A DNA stretch of 64,000 nt from Neophaeotheca triangularis (Eukaryota): the NCBI GenBank assembly GCA_054600435.1, contig BAAIJX010000015.1, forward strand, positions 372,001 to 436,000. The letters run 5' to 3'. A program made the position numbers and the translations under genes. Positions 12,614 to 22,670 of this stretch are shown one piece after another. Position 1 is the stretch's first letter; every line of letters starts with the position of its first letter. The notes under the pieces were generated by a model that saw only the letters and a list, made by a program, of their open reading frames with translations, did no database searches and had not been told where the DNA came from.

Positions 12614-14311
12614 ATGGCTCCTTCGCCATCGTGGCAGACTGGGGACCCCAGTCAAATCAGCGACGCGAAACTTATATCGCTGGCACTCGTCGCCTGCACC
12701 ATTGGGTACATCATCTATCAGCGATTCCTACATCCTCTCGCCAAAATCCCTGGACCCTTCTGGGCCAGCTTATCCAGGCTATGGATCACCAAGCACTCCT
12801 GGGACGGCGACATGGCGACGACCCTCATAGCTCTGCACGACAAGTACGGGAACCTCGTGCGTACGGCCCCAAATGAGGTCAGTGTGGCCGATCTTTCCGC
12901 CATCAAACACATTTACGGCGCCGGCACCAAGTTCCGCAAATCCGACTGGTATTCGGTCTGGCAGGGCCGGCGTGTTTTCGATCTGTTTGCGGAGCGAAAT
13001 GAAAGCGTGCATGGCAGACAGCGTAGATTGGTGAGCAGGATCTACTCGATGGAGAGCTTGAAGGACCTTGAACCCTACGTCGAGGATGCCATCAAAGTGT
13101 TCCGCCAGCGCATGGACGAGCAGAAAAGTCGAATCGTTGATCTAGGGAACTGGGTGCAAATCTTCGCTTTTGGTGTGACGTCCTCTTAGATCGATATGGT
13201 TGTTTTGGGCGAGTGCTAACGTGGTTATCAGATGTCATTGGCGAGATCACGTTCTCCAAGCGCTTTGGTTTCCTCGATGTTGGCTCGGACGACGGCAGCT
13301 TTGCAGCTATCACAGAGGCCTTGAGATCCGCTTCCTGGATTGGGCAGTATCCTTTCGTTTACTGGATACACGACCGCCTCGCGCCCTATATTGGGAACAA
13401 GCTCGGAATTACCGCACGAAATGGCTCGCTCCGCCAATTTGCGGTCCGGGAAATAGCAGCTCGCAAGGATCGTGGAAGCGACCACAAAGACATGCTATCA
13501 AAGTTATTCGCTGTACAGAAAGAAAAGCCGACAGAGTTCGACGACAACGCCGTAACGAGCATGGCGTCTTCGAACATCTTCGCTGGCAGCGATACTACTG
13601 CAATCTCCACGCGAGCAATAATTTACTATCTCCTTAAAACCCCGGCCGCAAAGCAACGCTTGATCGACGAGATAGATACTCTCCGTCAATCCGACATGCC
13701 TACAGGATCAGTAACTCTGGATCAGGCGGATAAAATGCCGTACCTTCAGGCCGTCATGTACGAGGCACTTCGCATGCATCCAGCAGTAGGCCTCACACTG
13801 CCTCGTGTTGTGCACGCCGACGGCGCGGAGATCGCTGGACACTACTTTCCTGCAGGTAGCGTCGTGGGCGCTTGTCCTTGGGTCGTCCACCGGAATCGAG
13901 AGGTATTTGGCCAAGACGCCGATGTCTTTAGGCCTGAGCGGTGGTTGGACGAAAAGGGCCAGTGGGGTGGCGAGACGAATGGTGATATGCTACGCTTCTT
14001 CTTGGCATTCGGTAGTGGAGCGCGGATGGTAAGCACGACTCGAACAGTTACGGCGGAGCGAGTTCTAACTTTGATACTAGTGTCTGGGAAAAAATATCAG
14101 CTGGATGGAAATGTAAGTTGTTCGATCGAGCCCATGACGTTTGCAGGATATTGACTCTTCTGCGCACAGGTCCAAGCTAGTGCCTACCTTATTCATGCAC
14201 TATAACATAGAACTTGCAGACCCAAGTGCTGAATGGGAGATCAAAACTTGGTGGTTTGCCATGCAGACAGGAGTAAATGTGCGGCTGAGTCCGAGGCCAT
14301 CTCGAGCTTGA
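12614..14311 (+). CDS. Cytochrome P450 monooxygenase (pisatin-demethylase-like type)
   Basis: N-terminal TM helix plus HPLAKIPGP; AGSDTT I-helix, EALR, FRPERW. Heme motif FGSGARM|CLG is completed by splicing. Introns 13173-13231, 14029-14080, 14113-14169; TGA at 14309-14311. Confidence 0.92.
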
Positions 14312-14349
14312 ATTGAATCGAATCGGAAATCGGATGAGAGAGACGGTGT

Positions 14350-16308
14350 TTAGCAAGTTATCACCTTTCGTAAACGCTGCTTGAAGTCTTCGATAGAAGG
14401 AACACCACCTCCGTTGCCAAAGAGCATCAACCGTATACACTGTTCCATCTCATCAGAGCCATGACCACACGCTTCGGCAAAGTTTGCTGGAAAATGTCCC
14501 CGCCTCAACTGCTGTAATATCTCGAGCCTCTCCATACGCGTGTCGAATTTCCAAAGCAGCTCAAAAGCTACAATGCCTAAAGCAAAAATATCGAGATGTC
14601 GTCCTGCTTGCGTCTTGCCATCGGTAGGACGGTATAAGGCAGTGCCGACATCTTCGTCGAATGATGGTTGCGGCTCACTTTCACCCACAACAGTAGTCAC
14701 CAGCCCAAAGTCACCGATTCGAACTTTAGTCATAACGGGCTGAGCTGTACCTTTAGCTCTGCAATCATCGCAAAGGAATAGATCCACGGCGGTGCTGGTC
14801 GCTCGAGGGCTTTGGTGTGCAGCCATGAAGATATTGCCCGGCTTGATGTCTCGATGGACTACGCCTTGAGTGTGGAGGTACTCCAACCCGTCCAAGATCG
14901 CTAGCAATATTTGAGCAGAAGGCTGAAGGTGGAAGCAGTGGCGAAGAGGTGCTACGACCTGGTCTGGAGCCGTAGCCGGAGGCGATAGGAAGTCGCCAAG
15001 CGTGAGCGGATATAGTGCCATCTGAATGTGAAGAGCTAGCGTCGGTTCTGATTTGACCAGTCTCCCTTCCCCATCTGTGCTGAAGCTGGCAGAGGCATCG
15101 CTTTCACGCGTGATGGATTCGACATCATCTTCGTCGCTCACTGTGGCTGCGGTGCCGCGGGATCGCACCTTGGTCAAACCATTTGCCGCGTCGGACTTGT
15201 CGCTGGCGGCTGTCAGGTGGGACTTCTTGCTGTGCGTACTATGTATCGAGACACTGTCTTCGAAAACAATATCGTCAAGATTATCAATAGTTGCTGTTGG
15301 ACCGAAAGAAGCAGTGTTGCTTGGTCGTCCATCCGCAGCGCCACCAATGGTAGGAGGCCAGGCTTGAAATTCAGATGATTCTTGAGAGCGCGTGAGCCCG
15401 TTATCGGACATATAATTTGTGTGGCCAAGGGTGGTCCATTCGATCCAGCTGCTGTAGTAACGAACAATGTTGTGGTGCTCGAGATCAGCAAGTGTCTTGA
15501 CCTCGCGCAGCAAATCGTCCAGCTCGGACTCGCCACGAAGTTTAATTCGCTGTAGTCGCGAAGAGCTGATGGGGATTTTCTTGACGGCGTACTGACGACC
15601 ATCAAGACGATGTCTCGCGCGATGAACGATCCCATATCCACCCTTTCCAAGGACCCCCAATTCCTCAAAGTCCCTCTCGAACCGACTGGACTGGACCAAT
15701 GGATGCGATTGAAATGGCGCCGGAGGGAGAGACGTAGTGTCAGCTGAGCTCGAAGCGAGCAGCAGTGTCTGCATGTTATGAAGTGGACCGTCGTTGACGC
15801 CGGTGAGGAGTCTCCGCATCATTACCGGTACGTCTCCATAGTCTACGCTCTCTGAAGGTTCGTCCTTCGAGAACGCTTTGAGGCCATCACGGTATTGCTT
15901 CCTGGTGGAGGCGTATTGGCTTTCCTCAAAGCCTTGAGGCACCAATCCGAATCCGGCGAGTCTGGAGACTAGCGATCGATATTTGGCTTCTCCACGTGCT
16001 TTGATATCAGTATCACTGGCGTGTCCGAAGCCATTGGCCTGGTGACGATGGTGACGCTGCTCCTTTTCAGCATTGCTAATTGCCCATGATTCCAAAAGAG
16101 CGTGCAACAAGAGAGACTGGTGGGGAGCGTTGTCTGTTGGTTGTTCGGAGGATGTAGGGGAGAGTTGATTTGAGCGGCTCAAGGTAGCAGCGCTGTCAGA
16201 GAAGGTGTTGTTTGCGGACGAGTGATCAAGCTCTTCTGCCTGATCATCGTCGTTGTCCTGGCCGCTAGATGAGCTTGAAGATGAATTTGAACGAAAGAAT
16301 TTTGACAT
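14350..16308 (-). CDS. eIF2-alpha kinase, HRI-like (PEK family)
   Basis: LGKGGYG, YAVKKI, HHNIVRYYSSWIE, a long acidic kinase insert, LHIQM, HRDIKPGN, IGDFG, DTRMERLEILQQLRRG. The insert, IQM and TxMER pattern is typical of eIF2-alpha kinases. Confidence 0.85.
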   Translation of the reverse strand: MSKFFRSNSSSSSSSGQDNDDDQAEELDHSSANNTFSDSAATLSRSNQLSPTSSEQPTDNAPHQSLLLHALLESWAISNAEKEQRHHRHQANGFGHASDTDIKARGEAKYRSLVSRLAGFGLVPQGFEESQYASTRKQYRDGLKAFSKDEPSESVDYGDVPVMMRRLLTGVNDGPLHNMQTLLLASSSADTTSLPPAPFQSHPLVQSSRFERDFEELGVLGKGGYGIVHRARHRLDGRQYAVKKIPISSSRLQRIKLRGESELDDLLREVKTLADLEHHNIVRYYSSWIEWTTLGHTNYMSDNGLTRSQESSEFQAWPPTIGGAADGRPSNTASFGPTATIDNLDDIVFEDSVSIHSTHSKKSHLTAASDKSDAANGLTKVRSRGTAATVSDEDDVESITRESDASASFSTDGEGRLVKSEPTLALHIQMALYPLTLGDFLSPPATAPDQVVAPLRHCFHLQPSAQILLAILDGLEYLHTQGVVHRDIKPGNIFMAAHQSPRATSTAVDLFLCDDCRAKGTAQPVMTKVRIGDFGLVTTVVGESEPQPSFDEDVGTALYRPTDGKTQAGRHLDIFALGIVAFELLWKFDTRMERLEILQQLRRGHFPANFAEACGHGSDEMEQCIRLMLFGNGGGVPSIEDFKQRLRKVITC

Positions 16309-16884
16309 GATGCCGGAGATGGATCAATTCAGCAAGGCAAGGTATCCTTCATGATGTGGCTCGACTATAGCCTCAGCATTTGATCCTCTCTTTGAAAATG
16401 GGAGTGGAAGGGAATGGAAGGCAGCCTCGAAGTATACCTTATCTCATCAATGTACTGGTTGGTACTCGGAGCTGGGGTGTCTCTCGCAGCGGAAGAAGGC
16501 GCATAGATAGGTATGTGGTAGATAGGAGCAGCGTGCGAAACGTGGCAGGTAAGCACCGAGACATTCATTCATGCGAATCTCCTTGAACCGAGTTTAATTG
16601 ATGAAGTCACTTCTTTCGACTTCTTCCATGTTCTTCTGAGAAAAGACGGAATACATCAAAAGGTTGTGGAGGCATTACTACCTTACTGTACCTTTTGGTG
16701 ACTGCTGTCAGACTTCATTCTCACGCCTTACCCGATATGGCAACTTATGGCTTGGCATCTGTCCTTGTACACCCTTGCTCCCTCTCTCCCTCAATGTCGA
16801 GTCCCGCAAACGTTTGTGCGACAGCACACCTATAATCATGGCTAACCTGCGGTGACTTGAGCATTGAATCATCGACGTTCGCTG

Positions 16885-19032
16885 ATGCAGACTCTCTGGA
16901 CGAGGCTCGCGCTGCCGAGAGCGACTTGTAAATGCCCGTCGTGCACCTCCACAGCCAGTGCCATCGCTGCGAGAAGAAGCGGAGCGGCAGCGAGCCGGCA
17001 GACGTCGCGATACCTCACCTCATCCACGCTCCTCTACTCGGGCATCTTTGCTGCCGCTGCGACTGCTGATGCCGGCGTCAAACAGAGGAGGCGGGATCAA
17101 TGGGACCGAGCAATTGCAGATGTGAAGCGCGAGCTGGCTCAGCCTGAGCAGGCTATTGAAAAGAGCCAACAGGAGGTGCAAGACGAGGACCTTGTGCAAT
17201 TCTCACCCCTTAGATCGCAAGAGACCGAGGAAGACCCTTTCAGAGACATATATCCCTGGCGTCGGAAGCCCTCTTATCCCGCTAACACTGGTCCTTCATT
17301 GAACGTTCACCATCTACCTCCGCAATCCATCTATGCCGACGACGAATCTAAAGAGCGCGCTGAACTACGATTGTGGACGCCTGCTAAGTTAGAGCGCGTT
17401 CGCCTGGCAACAGACATATTACAGCTCAACATTCTCAGGGCTTTGACGGACAATGGCTGGGAGGAAGAGGCTGCTGCTTCTGTGCCGGAGGGTCATGGGG
17501 ATTTCATTCGGCGTGCAACCAGGCAGCAGCGTGACGGAGTGATACATGACGCTATACGGCGGCGTCACTTAGCAAGGAGAGCCTTACACAAGACGGACGT
17601 AGAATTGTCACAATACCAAGGAGTGGATGAAGACGGATTTAACGTGAGCGAATTCGAACAAGACGACCGAGGTGACTTCCGAGAAATTGCACGAAGCTTG
17701 AACTACCATCTTCAAGAGCTTTTCCGACAGCACAGAAGCGCAGCAATAACAACCCCAACTCTCCTTGGCAGGCTTTCTCATGATCTGGCCATTTCTACTG
17801 CGCCCCCAACTCTCGAGACGTACAACACCCTGCTGCGAGGCTTTTCTACGGCACGGCAATACGAATTGACCTATGAGGTCGTTCACGCTCTCCGCTACAC
17901 TCACATGCGACCGAACGAGCTATCACTGAGTTCAATCCTCAATCTCAGCACCGCTACGAACAATTTTCTTCTCTTCAAGAGGTGGCTAAGATACATTGAA
18001 GGTGGAAGCGGGGGACTCTCGCTCGCTCGTCCCGATGTTGTTATTAATGACGCCGGAAAAGACCGCCTTGAGCTTACAGAAGACGGCAAAGTGATACAAC
18101 ATCCTCATCCGACCCCGCGAGTGCTTGGCGCAATCATCCGGGGTGTGTTGAGATTTTCGGGTTTCGACGCTGCGCTCAACAAGTGCAGGGAAATGGGAAT
18201 GAAGGGCTGGGGTCTGTGTGTCGAAGGGCTTCAACCACTATTAATAGATTGCGCAAACAGAGGCGATTGGGCAGCGGGCAAGGCTGTCTGGAATCAGATT
18301 CAGGTACTGGACGAACAACAGCAGAGAATCGACACCACAGATTCATCTACGCGAACTACCTTCCAGATGTACAAGGCAATGCTCAAGCTCTGCGTCGCAG
18401 CCAACAAGAACGAGAGGTCGCATGAAATATGGGATCAAGCGGTCCAAGCCTTTCCACACAAATCACGCAAGCTCGCAAGCTTGCTGTTCGAGAGTTGCGC
18501 TGAATGGGGAAACTGGACCGCCGCCAGGGCTGCGTGGACTCGAACAGGAGAGAGTGACACGTCCCGTGGGCCAAACCTTGATCCAAAAGGTTATGCCGCT
18601 ATGCTGGTGCTATGCCGGCAAGCTGACGACTTGACACTTTTCACGGAGGTCTGGGGACAGGTGGAACTTTCTCGTCATGGTCGCGAAGTTGGCTCCCTGT
18701 TGCAGAACCCCCCTAGCAAGGCCTCTCGATCTGCAGATGCGGAGATGGGTGGGTTGCCTTCAAACAGTCTGCTACCGTACGGAGACGTGCCTGACTTCCC
18801 TCTTGCCGAGCGCCAGACACCCGAAAGAAGGGATGAAGAGACTGGCGCCCTGTCGAGAGAGCCTGCGGAGCTTTCAGACTCTGCAGACCACCCGACACGA
18901 CACGTGCCCGTTGTCGACGAGCAGCCCGTAAAAGCGAAGAAACGCAAAGGGAGGTTAGCGGTATGGCAGCCGCCTCAAGAAGGCAGTGACGAGATTACAC
19001 CTGACCACGGCTTGCACAGCCAGGAGATATGA
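16885..19032 (+). CDS. Pentatricopeptide-repeat-like, probably mitochondrial, protein
   Basis: Single long ORF with first ATG at 16885. Arg/Ser/Ala-rich presequence-like N-terminus; PPR-like PTLETYNTLLRGFS..HMRPN. Confidence 0.7.
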   Translation: MQTLWTRLALPRATCKCPSCTSTASAIAARRSGAAASRQTSRYLTSSTLLYSGIFAAAATADAGVKQRRRDQWDRAIADVKRELAQPEQAIEKSQQEVQDEDLVQFSPLRSQETEEDPFRDIYPWRRKPSYPANTGPSLNVHHLPPQSIYADDESKERAELRLWTPAKLERVRLATDILQLNILRALTDNGWEEEAAASVPEGHGDFIRRATRQQRDGVIHDAIRRRHLARRALHKTDVELSQYQGVDEDGFNVSEFEQDDRGDFREIARSLNYHLQELFRQHRSAAITTPTLLGRLSHDLAISTAPPTLETYNTLLRGFSTARQYELTYEVVHALRYTHMRPNELSLSSILNLSTATNNFLLFKRWLRYIEGGSGGLSLARPDVVINDAGKDRLELTEDGKVIQHPHPTPRVLGAIIRGVLRFSGFDAALNKCREMGMKGWGLCVEGLQPLLIDCANRGDWAAGKAVWNQIQVLDEQQQRIDTTDSSTRTTFQMYKAMLKLCVAANKNERSHEIWDQAVQAFPHKSRKLASLLFESCAEWGNWTAARAAWTRTGESDTSRGPNLDPKGYAAMLVLCRQADDLTLFTEVWGQVELSRHGREVGSLLQNPPSKASRSADAEMGGLPSNSLLPYGDVPDFPLAERQTPERRDEETGALSREPAELSDSADHPTRHVPVVDEQPVKAKKRKGRLAVWQPPQEGSDEITPDHGLHSQEI

Positions 19033-19484
19033 GATGAGTTTGTGACAATACACTGATAGATTGTTGAGCATAGCGCAGGCGTTTTTGATTGGGACATGCC
19101 GTCACGGAGGCATTTAGGTTGGGATGGCGAGTATGATGTCCTTCTTTCTGCATGTAGTTGGGGGGCATGGCAAGGTGGTTCTGTATGCTCATACCCATTC
19201 ACGGAGCTTTGCTGTATAGTGTACATAAGAAGAAAAGCAGTACTGAAATGCTCTCAAATTTATTCCGCCAGCACTGGACCGTTGAAGATTCCGCTGAAGT
19301 TTCATGTCTCCGTTGGCAGCTGACAAGCAACGCGTTTCTGCTAAAGGCATGTTCTAGCGCGGCATCACACTCCTCGCCAGAGTTGACAGACCAGACCCTA
19401 AAAAGCTTCGTTTCTACACTGCCCCATGGGAGCCTGAGATACACCTAAACCCCAACCAGGGCAGGTGAAAAAAAAAGGACAAAA

Positions 19485-19568
19485 ACATACAACAGGTGGG
19501 ATTCCCACGTTGTCACCTACCGTAGTACTAGTCACCCGCTTCAGTGCTTAAATATGGCAGAGCGGACG
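19485..19568 (-). rRNA. 5S rRNA 3' fragment (nt 36-119), 5'-truncated
   Basis: Reverse complement CGTCCGCTCTGCCATATTTAAGCACTGAAGCGGGTGACTAGTACTACGG..GGGAATCCCACCTGTTGTATGT matches the ascomycete 5S layout. It is followed by a TTTTGTCCTTTTTTTTT Pol III terminator. Confidence 0.92.
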
Positions 19569-19570
19569 TT

Positions 19571-20280
19571 CGCCGCTTTGACGAAGTCGACGTGGATTGG
19601 TCGGTTGTAGACAAACGGCTGCTGGCTGCTGAGTTGGGGCGAACTTTTACGCGCCGGCAGAAACCTCAGGGTTGACATCTCTTCATTCAACTACGTGGAA
19701 GTGGAGACACAGGCTGCAGCCTCAGCTAGTGCTGCTCGAGGCGGCTCTGCCACGCAGCGTCGCTCGGGCGCCCCTTGCAGCTTGGGACCGTACTGCTGGC
19801 GCGACCCTGACGGCAAAGGCCACTACCGATTGAGAACCCACCACATGAAAAGCTTGATGATTCGGCATGTCGAAGAAGGTGATCATCTGGAGTCTCTCGT
19901 GCTAATGTCCCTGAAATGGTGCGTGTGTAGCTGTATGCGGAGCAGCAGGAGCGCTCTCAGAGGAAGCAGAAGACGTCGACGGGTGATACCGGTAGTCTCC
20001 TACCCATCACCATCAACAAAGTACTGCCTAGTAGTCGTGGCTCGGAATCTCTAGCGCGGCCTGAGGCCGTAGGAACTAAAACCACCCCTTAGGCGTCAAA
20101 CCCCCGAGACTTCGAACTTCCCGGTTTTCGCGATGTGGCACTTGACGAATACAGCGAATAGCATCAGTCGAGAGTGTTTGACGCTGAGTTTGGAAGCAGA
20201 TTCCAGAAAAGCGCGAGATGTGGCTCTGGAGAATGCACTAGACCTAGATCTGATTCACGAGGAGAATGACCCAGATGTAC
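19571..20280 (+). pseudogene. Decayed, 5'-truncated gene of an uncharacterised fungal accessory family
   Basis: Fragments across frames: RRFDEVDVDWSVVDKRLL / WGELLRAGRNLRVDISSFNY / PCSLGPYCWRDPDGKGHYRLRTHHMKSL / LPGFRDVALDEYSE*HQSRV / RKARDVALENALDLDLIHEENDPD. A 7-nt duplication (ggctgct x2) shifts the frame; TAG at 20159-20161. Family recognised from memory only. Confidence 0.65.
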
Positions 20281-20627
20281 TCAGTACGCGTATCGATCAC
20301 CGTGAGTTGCACCCTGCAACGCGTGGGAAGGGGTTATTACGGTACTGGGGGAAGTGGGCCAACTGCCCCGCTGGTCCTGAAAATTCGTCATGGGAGGCTT
20401 ATATATACTTGATCGGTTCTTATCGTACTGTAGGAAACTTTCAAGACTTGATCTCAGGTCGCTCTCTCTGCTCAAATGACATACAATGTCCCATGTTTCT
20501 ATGTAAGAACTTGCGTCATCGACGCTGAACACCCATCTTTAAAAATATCCGTGCAAGATGATTAGAATGCCCGAGGACTCGCGCAAGTACCTCAGCCGAA
20601 ACCCTCAGCTCTTCGTCATGATTGTGG

Positions 20628-21936
20628 CTAACGTCTAGCCATCTGTGCGTTCAATTAGCATTGCATCTTCTGCAAAAGAGGAATTTCTTACCACTACAGC
20701 TGTAGCAACACTAAGTATGCCAAGAACGAAAACAACTAGATACGTGCTATCCGTCTTCGCTTGCTCATCCTGCAGGTTTGGATAGTTACTTTCAATGAAC
20801 CGCTCGATCTTGCTGCACGCAGCATTGATGTCATCGAAGTGTGGGTCGTTGGGGTTATTCTTCTTCTGTATTCTTTTTGCGTATCGCCTGAATGCTTGAC
20901 AAACATGTTGCATGTCTTGTGTTGAATCGATCATGAGTTGGCACGCTGCACCCTTGGATATCTTGACGTTCCTGTCGAAAATAGCAGGGTTTTGGAAGCA
21001 GAGCTCAAGCGTCGCGATGGCCATGGACTGCGGTATTGCCACAAAGTTGAAGACTGACTGCTCACGAACGCCTGCCATGTAAGAGAGACAATCATCTGCT
21101 TTATTCAAGGCCAAGAGCACCATCTCACTACTGCACTGCAAAGCCTTCTGACGGTTCTGTGGCGACGAGAGGAGTAGCTGGTCGAAGTCGTCCGCGTACT
21201 TGGACCAGACCTCCTTGGGCCAAAAGTGTCGCTCTTGGTCGTGATCCTCGCGAACGTCCCGAATAATGTTAGTTTGCTGCAGAAACTGACCCATAGATTC
21301 GATGAGTTTCGGGTTTTTCAAAAGCGAAGGGTCCGCGACCTTGGCTTCGATGAAAAGCCGTGTCAGTCCTTCGCCCACGGTTCCTGCAACGTAGTGACAG
21401 TATTGTTCGTAATCTTCGATCCTCTTCACACTTCTCAAATCTCCATCTACCACATAATCGGCCATACCATTGCCCATTTGCTTAGTAATGTCCGCTATGA
21501 TGACCTTGTACTCGTCCTTGAGTTTGTGAAACTCTCTGCCGACACAATCAAAATGGACCAGCAACTCCCGGTCATTCTCGTCAGGACCGCTACCCTCGAA
21601 ATTCCAAGTCGGATCGAAGATGTAGGTATGAAAGTTGCGTAACAATGGCTCTTTATCATCGATGGTAAGAGTCATGTCGTCTTCGATGGTGTCGAGACCG
21701 CGTAGACACAGGTAAAAGACGCAGATGGGCATAAGGAGCTCGGGATTCAGCTCTTGGACAACGGCTACGAAGGAGCGCGAGGTCAAGGCAAGGTAACGGT
21801 AGCATTCCTTTACGTCGCGCGACTCAGCGTTCTCGTCGCGTTTGTGGACGGGGCTGTGCAGCGCTTTCCATTGGATAATAGCGCGCAGCTCCTGGATGTG
21901 GAAGAGGTAGTAGAGTGCATCTCGAGCGGAGACCAT
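20628..21936 (-). CDS. Squalene synthase (farnesyl-diphosphate farnesyltransferase), ERG9-like, probably an accessory paralogue
   Basis: ATG 21936 [62 protein letters not shown]-terminal TM helix. One probable intron 20643-20691, then MARR*; unspliced stop at 20635. Confidence 0.9.
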
Positions 21937-22508
21937 ACTGTTCGTGAAGGCGTCCGAATGACGGAATTTGTGACCATGGGGGGAAGGCTGCGTTGAGAGC
22001 GGTAAAGGAGTCTGTCGTTTGTTTGTATTGGGGCAGTTATACAAGCGAGGGCCATTCACATGGCGTGACAGTGCGCGCGCCGCCGCGGCTCGCATAGTGC
22101 CCGCTCCCGGTCCCCGCCCCCACCCAAGTAACCTAAGATCAGAGGAAAGCTTATCAGAGAACGGGGATACGAGTTGTCACTGCCGCTCTTCACGTGCAAT
22201 TGCCTCCTGTGAACATGTCAATCCTCACTTTCAGCGAGAAAGCGTCGATTAGTTTGTATTCTCGTCTGCTCATGCGCAGCCCTTATACAGTAGTAGAAAA
22301 CGCTGCCAGCGGGAGTGAGCCGGAACGTGCACTACGCCAGTCCCTGTGCGCGCGCAGACACATTACAACCGGAGTATTATCTCCCCGGCGGCAAGCGGGC
22401 TGCTCACACCCCCGAGTCCCCGTACAACTCAACAACCAAACCCTGCAGGCCCCTCGCTCTTATAACCGGCCCGGTATTTAGAAAAAAGAGGGGAAAAAAA
22501 GGACAAAA

Positions 22509-22670
22509 ACATACAACAGGTGGGACTCCCACGTGGTCACCCACCGTAGTGCTAGTCACCCGCTTCAGTGCTTGAATATGGTAGAGCGGAAGCTTACGGT
22601 CCGTCTAAATCTAAAGCAAAATAAGGTCATTTTGCGGATGCCTTAGATTCACTGAGCTGTGGTCGTATGT
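22509..22670 (-). rRNA. 5S rRNA gene interrupted by 45 nt (5' nt 1-35 at 22670-22636; 3' nt 38-119 at 22590-22509); probable pseudogene
   Basis: 5' ACATACGACCACAGCTCAGTGAATCTAAGGCATCC pairs with 3' GTTGTATGT (helix I) and CACTGAAG (helix II). AT-rich box upstream, T-run terminator downstream. Confidence 0.92.

Larger units (their letters stand above)
19470..22590. repeat. 97-bp direct repeat pair (19470-19566 and 22494-22590)
   Basis: Ungapped manual alignment at offset 3024 gives 6 mismatches, 5 of them transitions. It includes the non-coding terminator flank aaaaaaaggacaaaa. Confidence 0.95.
19569..22635. mobile_element. 3067-bp insertion splitting a 5S rRNA gene (non-autonomous cargo-element relic)
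   Basis: Joining 22670-22636 (35 nt) to 19568-19485 (84 nt) rebuilds a 119-nt 5S gene. The insert contains cargo-like genes and a duplicate 5S 3' part. No transposase or recombinase ORF and no terminal inverted repeat seen. Confidence 0.7.

Noticed and set aside
12614..16308. Functional link between a heme enzyme and a heme-regulated-type kinase
   Set aside because: Adjacency only; the genes are convergent with no shared promoter.
21937..22095. 53-aa N-terminal extension of squalene synthase
   Set aside because: Similarity to SQS starts at ATG 21936; the extension has no supporting feature, although it cannot be excluded.
19569..22635. Terminal inverted repeats, target-site duplication or a recombinase gene for the island
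   Set aside because: The two ends are not complementary, at most 2 nt (CG) could be duplicated, and no DUF3435 or transposase-like ORF is present.
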